The notes below the pieces were generated by a model that saw only the letters and a list, made by a program, of their open reading frames with translations, was not told the DNA's origin and searched no databases. The position numbers and the translations under genes were made by a program. Positions 24,701-34,899 of a stretch of DNA of 64,000 nucleotides are shown piece by piece (the stretch's first letter is position 1; each line of letters opens with the position of its first letter). The stretch spans positions 19,282,001-19,346,000 of the forward strand of contig CP158635.1 of NCBI GenBank assembly GCA_050273025.1, read 5' to 3'. The DNA is from Cenococcum geophilum (taxonomy: Eukaryota).

Positions 24701-27700
24701 ATCTTAATTGCTATTAACTTAGTATATTATCTAAATTTAGTTAATAAGAAGTTCCTTTTTATATTATAAACCAAGTAATCCAGTAGTCCTTGGTAAGTAT
24801 TAATCTAGTATATTTATAGTGTATCCCAAGCATTCTTTATAGATATATCCCTTAAGAACTTAGCAGCTTAGAATAATATTAAAGAGTCTACTACTTATAG
24901 AACTAGCTTGCCATCTAAGTATATAATATTAATAATAACTTTATAATTAAATTTGTAGTTATCTCTTAAGGTAAACTTAAATCTGCTAGGCGATTTTATA
25001 TATATCTGGTAATAGTAACAGTATTTTATAAGGTATTTAATAGCCTTAGAATTTATTTTATGTCTAGCTTATTAAAGAACTTTAGTTAGTTATTAAACTA
25101 ATAGATAACTAAAGCGTTTATGCAATTAACATAATTTAGCTTTAGTTAAGTAACTTTAGGCAATACTGTGTTCTAGTTAGTGGAGCAACATCTATAGATA
25201 GCCCCATTTTCGTATAACTAGGACAATTTTATTACCTTAGATTAGAATATTTTGAAGATTATTTAGCTTAACACCTATTTTATTTATATCTTAGATATAA
25301 AATAAGAATAGTATATTTACTAGAATAATATAGAAGGTAATAATGCCTAGTAGGGTAGGAACTTAGATAGTACCTTAGGATAATATAGTGCCTTTACTAA
25401 ATCTAATCTTGTAAGCTCTAGCTGTGGTAGTATTAAGTTAGACACTAGTATTAAGCTTTTATAATGCCTAAAATTAAGGTTAGCCAGTAGTTAATATACC
25501 TATAGCTTCGCTATCTAGTATAATACCCTAAAAGACCTCTAACGAATATCGGTCCTTAAACGTAAATACTAAGGTCTTTGGCAACTATAGTGGTGGTGCC
25601 TTAAAGATATCTTTGCCAGTAACCGTGTGTTAGGTAAACTGGTTGTTTAAAATAGCTATAGTTTAGGTACTATTAACTTCTCTAAACTCCGTAAAATACG
25701 TACTATATTCCTCCTTAATCTCCATACTTATTATTATATGGTTTACTTCTCCTACATTATTATCTAAAAGATCTTTTACTCCTTCCTATATAGCAAAAAA
25801 GCCGTAATACTGGGCCAATATAACTTCCTACTCTCCTACATATTAGGTATATTATTAATACTTAGTATATACTTATTATCTGTCTTCTGCTATATACTTA
25901 CTTAACTAGTATCTAGGCTTATTATAGATATAGCATTACTTCTAATAGGGTGGGTAGTGGTTGTAATATCCGCTATAGTAGTTTCCTCTACTTTAGTATC
26001 CTCCTTTATATGGACGTGATTTACGCTAGGAGCCTCTTTAGGGTCCTCTATACGTATAATTAGTCTAATTCTAGTTATACTGCTTAGTATTACTTTAATT
26101 ATCTTACTTCTAGGGGGCAGTTTGCGTATAGTATTGTTATATTTCTTAGGCACGTACTACTATTCCTACTATTAATCGCAACTAAGCATATATACCCTTA
26201 AATATAGTGGCCGGGTTATATAATATAAGACTATACTTATTAACACCTCTATAGGCACTAATAACTTAATCCCAAAGACTATATTCTCTTTAGTATTCTT
26301 CTAATAATCTATATTAGATCTTTTAGAGTTTATTAAAGAGCATTTACAGATACTTAAGTTATAATTTTTCTAAGTTGGCGTTAATAATTTGCTAATATAT
26401 AGTTTCTCTCCATTCTAATATATACAGCTAGCGGTTTTCCTTAGTCTTAAAGTATATCTTTACTATTTATACTATTATAATAAAGTTATACGATCTTCCT
26501 ATAATCTTATTATAGTAAAAATCGCTTACCCGATCCTTAAGCATAATTAAAAATGCTATATAATATTATTTCTTTAGCACTCTAACTATAATATAACGAT
26601 TATAGAATACTTATAGCTTAGTATTAAGAATATTATATACTTCTCCTCTATACTTCTTAGTATCGTTAATATAAAACTTTATTAAGTCTATAAGTAGCTT
26701 AGTTAAAGTAGTCTAAGGTTATTATTAGTTCTATATATTCCATTTAGGGTAGTACTAGTAAGGTAGTTAAGCTTATTTATTATATAGTTATATAGGTAAT
26801 ATCCTTATTATAATTGCGGGCATTTATAACGGTAATAGCAATTTAAACTAGTTTATTAATGCGGGTGGGTTATATAGTATAGGTAAGTTCTATAACATAG
26901 GTATATTTGGCTGTAATGGCGGTAGAGGAAGGTAAGTATGTTAATCTTATGGGATATCTTATTAATGCTGCTCTACTGCTACTAGTATAGCTAAGGTAGC
27001 TTAAGGTGTCTCTAGAGTAGTCCGGGGTATTAATACTCCTACTAATCTTAGTGCTTGCGACTTATAATTTATAAGATTCTACTATAAATAAAATTTACCG
27101 CCTTCTCTAAGCTGCTAATTAATTTCTTCTTTAGTTTATTTATAATATTCTTCTTCCTTAATAGTAATTTGTAAGTTTATAGGGAGGGTTCTCTTATCTT
27201 TGCCTATATAGCATCTATACGCTTATAAGTAATTCCGTAATATTTAGACTAAATTCTTATAACTAAGATTAAAGATATCCTTTATTTATCCTTTAAAATC
27301 TTCTTAAAAGTATTCCTATAGGATTCGGTCCTTAAACTTCTTATCTTGGTAGTACTAGATATAGTATATAATATATCCATTTACTATTTCTATATTAAGG
27401 TTAGCTTTATTTATAGAATTAAATAATTCTCCCCATTTCTCTTTATTATAGGCGTATTTGTCTCATAATAATATATTAATTAACTGGTTTAAAAGGGGTT
27501 AATGTAGTTAAAAGTAATATAAGGTTGGGTTTATAGGTGGGTTAGAGGTAAAGTTAAGGTTATTATAATAACGTTCTTAATAGAGACTTAAAGCGTTAGT
27601 AGAGGGAGAGGTTCTTAGCTTACTAATTCTACTTAAGTCCTTATAAACGTTGTTGTTCTGCGTAATAGACGCAACTTAGAGGATTAAACGGAGGGAGAGG

Positions 27701-28110
27701 TTCTTAGCTCGCTAATTCTATATAAGTCCTTAGAAATCTTACGTAGCTTCTTTAACACTTGCTAAAGGTATATACTAGCTTCCTCTAGGAGCCTTTAAAG
27801 TTACTTCGTCAATTACCTCAACACATTCCTATAAAGGGGTAGGGATGCGATCCCGATATTTATAGTTTAGCCTCTTCTAGATAGATTCCTTGCTATTCTG
27901 TGGTTAATAATTAACAACCACTAATTAGTATTAGTATTACTAGGGATACCTATTATAATAGGCCGGAATTGTAGTTAAATAGTCTTTGCTAGTTAATACG
28001 ATGATAGTTAATTAATTCTTAAAGCTGTGCGAGGGAAAGGGGCTTAAGGCCCCTTCGCTTCGCTTCGCTTCGCTTGTCGTGGCCTAGCGCTATACGTAAA
28101 TATTCTGACA
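15754..28110 (-). mobile_element. Copia LTR retrotransposon of GalEa type, family C copy 1, interrupted by gypsy B2
   Basis: 182-bp LTRs 15754-15935 and 27929-28110; TSD GATAT/GATAT; palindromic ACTAATTAG in place of a PBS at 27920-27928; integrase (YLDGK.VL.VVDS...W.TL...W.TYQG) precedes RT, which precedes RNase H (SVLASEIYG), i.e. Copia order. Confidence 0.92.
16967..23156 (-). mobile_element. Ty3/gypsy chromovirus, family B copy 2, full length, inverted relative to B1
   Basis: 211-bp LTRs 16967-17177 and 22946-23156; TSD CTTTA/CTTTA; RT AYLDDI ~19975-19992; reverse-complement match to B1 throughout. Confidence 0.95.
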
Positions 28111-31100
28111 GATATATATAGATTATAAAGCCCTAGAGTACTTTATAACTATAAAGCAACTTACTAAATAATAAGCCTAGTGGGCTAAAATACTCTTCTA
28201 ATTTTTTTTTATAATTATATATCGTTCTAGTAAGTAAAACTCTAAGGCTAGTGCCTTAACCTATAGATTCTTAAGAAGCTAGACTTCTAGTAAAATAAGC
28301 TAGCACTAATAAAGAAGTTGTTAGATTAGCTAATAGGGCTAATTAACCGCCTCTTAATTATAAACCGTATAGTTAATGCCCTAAGGGCCCTCCGCGAATA
28401 AGCTGTAAAAGGAGACCCCGATTTTAAAATGGAGGAAGGATTACTTCTATATTAGGAGGGGCTTATAGTCCCTAATATTAATAATTTATAGACTAAACTA
28501 ATTCGCGAAGCTTATTGCTAAGTTTTTATAGTATACCCTAGTAAGAATAAGACCCGTAAAATTATTAACTACTACTACTACTGGCTAAGAATAGTTATAG
28601 ATATTAATTAATATATATAGAACTGCGAAGACTGCCGGAGAGCTATAATCCTATAGGATAAGACCCTAGGACTACTTAAGCTACTCCTAATACTAGAGCG
28701 CCCTTAGCAGTATATCTTTATAGACTTTTACGAACTACCTAGAGACCGTAATGGATACGATATAGTTATAGTTATAGTTAACCGCTTTAATAAATGCCTA
28801 TTTTTAATTCCCTATTATAAAAACATTAATGCTAAAGAGGTAGCCTAGCTATATATCTATTACGTCTACCAAATTTATAGATTACTAGATACTATTATAT
28901 CTAATTATAGGCCATAGTTTATATTGGCCTTTTGGAATAAGTTTACCTAGATCTTAGGCATTAAGCTAAAGCTTTCTATAACTTATTACCCCTAGATAGA
29001 CGATTAGATAGAGATTATAAATTAGTACCTAGATTAGAGGCTTAGGTCCTTTATTAATTATTTCTAAGATAACTGGTCTAAACTACTACTCTTAATAGAC
29101 TACGCGCAAGTAACCTTACCCTATAACTTTATAGGGTTTGCCTTAATTTAGCTAGAAATGGGATATTTACCCTATATAAGCTTTAACTAGAAAAGGCTAG
29201 AAGAACCCTAGACTATATAAAAGAAGCTATTCTATACTAAGGCCTAATAGTACGCTAAATGATTAGAGGAAGCCTAGATAGTAGCCTATAAGAACTTAGA
29301 AAAAGCTTAGAGGTTAATAGAATAGTAGGTAAATAAATACTATTAAGAGCCCGATTTTGCCCCTAGTAATAGGGTTTAGGTTATAATAAAGAATTGGAAA
29401 ACCGAATAACCTAGCTATAAGCTGGACTACTAGATAGCAGGACTGTATAAGGTTCTTAAGAAGATAGGTAACTTGTATAAAATAAAGCTCCTAAATTTAA
29501 TTAGGGTTTACCCTATCTTCTTACTAGATAAGTTATAGAAAGCTATAAATAACCTATTGCCTAGATAAAAGAACGAGCCTCCCCTACTAGTTTAAGTAAA
29601 CGGTAATAATAAATAGGAGGTTAATAAAATACTAGCCTATAAGATAGTATAGGGAACGCTAAAATACCGTATTTAATAGAAGGGCTATAATTCTAACCTA
29701 ACCTAATACCCTATATAGAACTTTATAGGCTGCCCCTAGAAGCTTAAAGAATTTTATAACTAATACCCAAATACACCTAGACCCCTAAAGTACCTAGACA
29801 AATAAATGGAATGCTAGTATAATAAAGATAATAAGTTACCGGAAGAATATAGGGATAAAAACGCCCTAAAGCCCTAATATAGCTATCTGCTAAATTCTGC
29901 TATATTCTGCCGTTTTCTGCTAGTACTGTAAAATTTTAGATATTTAGGAACTTTAACCACCGGTTAAAGTTGTCTAATTAGTTAAATCTATGCTAAGACT
30001 TTTAGCGGCTATTTTTTCTAGCCTAATGCTTCCACTTAGCCTATAATTACCCTTTATACTTAGTCTGGACGTACTTATATCCCCTTTATCTTCTTATCTT
30101 ATATTTTATAATCCTATATTTATAAGCCTAGTACTACCCTATTTTTAACTAAGCCTAAGGGCAGGATTTCTTTTAAAGAGGGAGGTGATGTAATGGCGCT
30201 ATTGTACATTACCTACCAAATTCTGCTATATTCTGCTGACCTATAATTGGCCCGCCTAAAGCTAGCGCCTTAGCGGCTTACTTTATATATTTGTTTATAT
30301 TGGTCCTAGCAACCCCTTTTCCTTCTCTTTAGCTTAGTATCTTTATAAGATAGCATTCTATAAGCTTTGGTTTAGAAGTATTTATACAAACCGTTACAAA
30401 TATAGTATATAAAAAACATTATATATAGTAAGCGTGCTTCTATAGCTTCTATTAGGTAGTGCGGTTTATATAAAGACGGACCCTTTACCTACTAAATAAG
30501 CCCTATAGGGACCAACTGTCCCTAATAAGGTGTCGTTATTAACGTAGTTAAAAAAAAGTTCGCGATCTTTGTAGTAGTAGACAGTAGCGGCGGTATTAAG
30601 GATAAAGTCGTACCTACTTAGTTAAGCTTGTACTACTGCTGCTACAAGCTCTTGTTATAGATTTGCGTTAAGCTTAGCTTAACTAGAATATTCATTAAGC
30701 TAAATAGACGCTTAAGTCCTAGGCCTCTTCCTTACGCGGATTTTATTGCCAATTTCCTTTAGAGCGTTATCTAGCTTCCTCTCCTAATAGTCTTCTTTGT
30801 AGTGCGTAGTTCTATTAAATCTTATATAGTTAGGGTGCTTACATATCCCAACTAGTGCTATTAGTATAGAGACTTCTTAATTAAGTTTGCTGTTAAAAAC
30901 AATAAGTTCCTTGCCTAAAGCTTATAGGTTAGTGTTTTCCTATATTTAATTTGTTTATTTTATTGTTTTAAACTAAGTGTATTTAGTAAAGTTAACCCCG
31001 TGTAGAAGGGCTGCTTAGGTAAAAAGTTTATAGTTAATAGGTTAGTTTATTTTAATAAGACGATTAAGGTTTAATATAATATAGGAGATAAACTCCTCTA

Positions 31101-32019
31101 CGTTCTTAAAGTCTTATACACGTTTAGTAAAGAGGGTAGCCATAATATTAATAACAGCTGCTAGATTAAAATCCTTAAAACGTTCTTTTAAGGCCTTCTA
31201 TTTTTTAAGTGCCCGTCCGGTGTTTAATATAAACGGCTTATAGATATTACTAACGCTCTAGTTAATAAAACCGGCTATATAGGCTAGCTGTTCCTCGTGT
31301 TTCTCCTATTCCTTTACTAGCTTAGCTAGTTTAATTTTTGGCTATTTACTAGTAAAGCCTAAATCCGCCTATTTCTCCTTAATCGACTTAAGTATAGGAA
31401 GAGGCCGTGGTGGATTATTAAGGACCTACTCGATATTCCTAGATCGGAGGTAGTTTTATACGTTAATACTAAACATTGGCTAGTTTTCCCATTTAATAAG
31501 CTTTTAAATAGAGGCTTGGGCGGTACGTTCATCGCTTATATTAGCGGGGCTTTAATTATAGGTAGTTTGTAGTAGGCAGTCTATAGGCCTTATTAGAAAC
31601 AATATTGTTAGATTAGTTTCCTTTATAGGGAGTATAGGTTTTTTAACTTAATATATTCCTTAGCTGGTGTAGGCAGTTCTAATAAGCTTTTTTTAATTCC
31701 CTACTAATGCGGATATTATAAAGCTTTATTCTTAAAACTCTATCGTTCTATAATAATAATAGTAAGGTTATCTACTAAATAAGAGGTCCTCCTAAGCCTC
31801 TAGTGCCGCTATTTGGTTATAGACTATATTAGGCTCATCCTTAGTAGGATCCTCTTATGCATTTAGCGTAGAGTCCGTCAGCAGCTACGTAGCTACTTAT
31901 TGTAGGTTTTTGGCGTTATAAGTTGGTAAACGTTCACCGACTTCTGTTAACGCCCGTATAGTAATATTGCGACAGCAATTATCGTAACAATAATAAAGTA
32001 ATTAGATTTAGCTTATTAG

Positions 32020-32041
32020 GCGCGAACCCAGGCTTATAACC
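32020..32041 (-). promoter_or_regulatory. Primer-binding site of Copia A (half-tRNA-Met type)
   Basis: Minus strand GGTTATAAGCCTGGG directly after the LTR end; one RIP change from the GGTTATGAGCC PBS known from copia/Ty5-type elements. Confidence 0.75.
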
Positions 32042-32222
32042 TATTAAATTAAGGTTATGTAGCTAAAAACTCTGTGTATTGCTTATTTTCTATATAGGTG
32101 GTTGAAGAGATTTTAAGGAACTTCGACCGCCGGTCGAAGTTGTCTGATTGGTCAGATTCCTGCCAAGAGCTTTCTCCCACAAGTCTCATCACGTGATATC
32201 GTTGCGGGCTTGTTTTCCAACA
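32042..32222 (-). repeat. 5' LTR of Copia A (181 bp), only partly RIPed
   Basis: Minus strand begins TGTTGGAA and ends TTTAATA (ex-TTCAACA); contains CCAAT and TATATA; abuts the PBS. Partner LTR is outside the window. Confidence 0.75.
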
Positions 32223-32435
32223 ACTCGATTGCCCTAAATACACGAAGAACTCTCTGGAGAGAAAAGAATTGACAACAGTGTGAGTGTAAATAGTTGACAG
32301 CGTTGCCCGTCACCCGGGCAACCACCTAATCCTGCGAGCGACATAAGAACAAATACAGAAGCGCAGGCTAGGCGGCCGTAGGCCGCCGCCTAAGCATAAT
32401 AGAGGGCTATGCCCCATGACACCCACCTATGTTGA

Positions 32436-32690
32436 GGAGCAGAAGAACAGGAGCAGGAGCAGGAGCAGGAGCAGAAGCAGGGGCGCAAGCGGGAGCAAGA
32501 GCAGAAGCAGGAGTAGAATGCAAAGCGTCAAGAGAATCGGGATCAGGAGCGGAAGCAGGACGGTGGCAGGAGTGGAAAGAGAAGTGGAAGCATCAGCAGA
32601 AGCGTCAGCAGAAGCGGAAGTAGAAACGGAAGTCAGCAAGAGTAGAAATGGAAAACGCCAGCGGGAGGAGGGGCAGGAGCAGAAATAGAA
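32436..32690. repeat. Degenerate hexamer tract (AGCAGG/AGCAGA/AGTAGA)n
   Basis: Visible GAGCAGGAGCAGGAGCAGGAGCAGAAGCAG run; it generates the low-complexity ORFs in three frames. Confidence 0.85.
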
Positions 32691-33075
32691 ACGTCAGCTT
32701 GTCTTACCGAGTCCGAAGATTATTGTCCCAAGACGCCACCGTGGGAGCGCTATTATTGAAGTCTCCGCCGAGCTTCCCAGCCGGTCGCAGACGGCGGCCA
32801 CGACTAGCCGTTCCACAGCTTGTGGTATGGCTAATCGTAATTGAAGAAATTAAGGAAATATGGTCCCATCAACAAGGACGATGAAGGGACACCGGAGCCG
32901 ACGAGGTTCAATAGTCATCCGCATTGTCCACTATTTTCAGCAAGGTGTCCGAGCACTGGCCATCCACTGGCTATCTAAGCATGCGGAGCGGCGTCGAAAG
33001 GCAGTAGTAGTTTGAACGTGATGCCGGTTTGACGGATAGAGCTATGAAAATTATTTCAACATCATTGAGACCCAC

Positions 33076-34899
33076 TCATTTGATCCAGAACTCCAAAAAA
33101 TCCTCTGCCTTTGCGCTTTGAAGATATTCACCGTTCATAATTCCATGAACATACGCTTCGCCAATAAAACTGCAGTACCCTTCCTCGCGGTCCCCTGGTC
33201 GCAGAACGTAAGCAACGGCTCCCCCACGCAGTATGCACACCCAGTCCCCAACCTGTGCCTTTTGAGGTGCCAGGCCGAAATATCCGTTCTTGGTCGTAAC
33301 GAACGCTCTCTTCGCACAGCGAGTGATTGCTGGAAAGCTGTAGGTGTTAATATGTCGCGACCTTTCCGCTTCCGACAATAAAGAAAAATCTAGAGATGGA
33401 CGACCTATCCAAGCGTCGAAGTGAGACTTGAAGCTGGCGGAAATATTATCTCCTGCGAAATTTCTGTCTGCGACAACAGTTCTCCAAAACGCTTCCGTGT
33501 AACCGCAAGTGTTCGCGTAGGACTGCTGCTTGTGTGAAATGACATGTTCTTCCCACCGCCAGCATGCTTGAAGAGTCAATCTAGCGCGAAACTCCTTTGG
33601 TAGAGTCAGCTCGCTGGCATCATCTCGGTAATCCGGGACAATAGTTTCGTTGACGAAATCAATAGTATCGACGATGAATCCGCGGACAGCCAGGATTTCA
33701 TGGCTGCGTGAGAAATGAAAAAAGCTGTATTCTACCGGGTTCTTCTCTTCGAGACGCCAACGCCCGACACCTGGTCCTCTGTAACGACTTTTTTCTGTGT
33801 ATGCACAGAATTCAAGGCCTACCAGAGGCACAAATGCCGTAGAAGTATTTGTTGTCCAATCCGGGCACCAGGAAGGAAGCTGAAATGCAGCATTTTTCTC
33901 ATCCTGCGCAAACTGCAGATTCAGCAAGCCCGATTCTCTAAAGAGAAGTACGCTGGCCTCAAGCACAACCTCGCGATCGGATTTGACGAACTCATCAGTA
34001 CCAGACTTTTTCTCGTAGTCGACTTCGATCTCTTCCTTACTGCTCTCTCTAATCAGGCCCAATAGGGCGTATATTCTATCCCTCAGGTACTTGCACTTGA
34101 ATCCTCTCGTGCCGGCGATCCACCAACTCAAAGCTCCATTCAACCATTCTTTTGAGTTTCGCCAAAGCAAGTCACCGTACGGGACATCGCTGAAAGGTCG
34201 TAGAGTAGAGAAACGCTCGATGTCCGTCTCCCTATGTTGCTCATGCAAGTATTTCAGGTCGACAAATCTTTCAAGTTCCACCTCTTTTGCGCCACACCTA
34301 ACCAATGGGCGGGGTGAAAGCATAGCTTCTTGGACAATCCACATCCTAGTCCACCAATCTCTCTTGAAGAGCGGGTCAAGGGCTAGCCAAGATGGATCTT
34401 CCGGGGTGTACTGTTGAAAATCTTCATCGCTGATGGTTGACACCAGATCCATGGCGAGGTCGCTATCATCTGCATTCTCGCCCAGCCATATCAATGTGAG
34501 GTCAGCGTTTGCATAGATATCCTTCATCATCTGCACCTGGTGGCTCTTTTCTGCCGAGTCTGTTTGGTTGATGCATACGGCATCGATCCAAATATTCCGG
34601 GCTTTGCCTTCGCTATGAAGACGACGCAATGCAATGGCCAAGTTGCTTGTGATGGTCATGTCGATACCATTAAGGCGCATTTGGGGGCAAAATTTCTCGT
34701 CTCCCCAGACATATGACAACGCTGAGTACTTTTCACCATCTTGCAAAGATATGACTCGAAGTTCCCCAGAAAGTGGGTCGTCAGAGGAAGATGAGAAAAG
34801 CGATAGCAGTCGAATTTGCTGCTTGGAGGGATCTAGAGGCTGAGAGTTGTAAATCTTCTTGGCCGCCTCGACCTTTACAAGGTTGTCTGCCGTTGTCAT
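33076..34899 (-). CDS. HET-domain protein, HET-6-like (heterokaryon incompatibility / regulated cell death), 607 aa, intronless, intact
   Basis: HET motifs IRLL, YSALSYVWG, NLAIALRRL, IWIDAVCINQ.D..EK..QV.MM..IY..A, WLG, WWTRMWIVQE; HET-6-type C-terminal motifs RDRIYALLGL, LPSWCPDW, GYFGLAP, GD.VCIL.GG, FIGEAYVHGIMNGE. No RIP signature by eye. Confidence 0.95.
   Translation of the reverse strand: MTTADNLVKVEAAKKIYNSQPLDPSKQQIRLLSLFSSSSDDPLSGELRVISLQDGEKYSALSYVWGDEKFCPQMRLNGIDMTITSNLAIALRRLHSEGKARNIWIDAVCINQTDSAEKSHQVQMMKDIYANADLTLIWLGENADDSDLAMDLVSTISDEDFQQYTPEDPSWLALDPLFKRDWWTRMWIVQEAMLSPRPLVRCGAKEVELERFVDLKYLHEQHRETDIERFSTLRPFSDVPYGDLLWRNSKEWLNGALSWWIAGTRGFKCKYLRDRIYALLGLIRESSKEEIEVDYEKKSGTDEFVKSDREVVLEASVLLFRESGLLNLQFAQDEKNAAFQLPSWCPDWTTNTSTAFVPLVGLEFCAYTEKSRYRGPGVGRWRLEEKNPVEYSFFHFSRSHEILAVRGFIVDTIDFVNETIVPDYRDDASELTLPKEFRARLTLQACWRWEEHVISHKQQSYANTCGYTEAFWRTVVADRNFAGDNISASFKSHFDAWIGRPSLDFSLLSEAERSRHINTYSFPAITRCAKRAFVTTKNGYFGLAPQKAQVGDWVCILRGGAVAYVLRPGDREEGYCSFIGEAYVHGIMNGEYLQSAKAEDFLEFWIK

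Larger units (their letters stand above)
11687..30398 (+). mobile_element. Ty3/gypsy chromovirus, family B copy 1, interrupted by a solo LTR (14267-14515) and GalEa C1 (15754-28110)
   Basis: 210-bp LTRs 11687-11896 and 30189-30398; TSD AACAT/AATAT (one RIP change); gag knuckle ~13165-13205; protease ALI(D)T ~13415; RT YLDD intact ~15105-15116; RNase H LETDA ~15545; integrase ~28500-29100; chromodomain (W)EV.KILA...LKY...(W)KGY ~29610-29720; purine tract before the 3' LTR. Confidence 0.95.
2341..32222 (-). mobile_element. Ty1/Copia LTR retrotransposon A, host of the left nest; native pieces 2341-3371, 11323-11686 and 30399-32222; RT and 3' LTR not in the window
   Basis: Minus-strand domain order: 5' LTR 32222-32042, PBS GGTTATAAGCC, gag with CKHPN(C)..RTTH..ED(C) knuckle (~30800-30850), protease DFIL(D)TAATV(H) (~30580-30615), GAG-pre-integrase I(W)H.RFG(H)L (~11460-11490), integrase FI(H)IDLVG...RYYMSFT(DD)Y.RF (~3260-3365). 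Pieces join across the TSDs. Confidence 0.85.

Noticed and set aside
28255..28270. Small internal deletions (B1 here, C2 ~49185, A2 ~54560)
   Set aside because: Ordinary decay of dead copies; the B1 and C2 deletions lie between short direct repeats.
32223..32277. Alternative Copia A LTR end at ...GACAACA (32277)
   Set aside because: TGTTGGAA at 32222 pairs better with the other LTR end; cannot be settled without the second LTR.
32416..32884. Short ORFs (SR-rich, poly-Leu, GA-rich and the 78-aa ORF)
   Set aside because: Overlapping frames produced by or adjacent to the hexamer tract; no recognisable domain.
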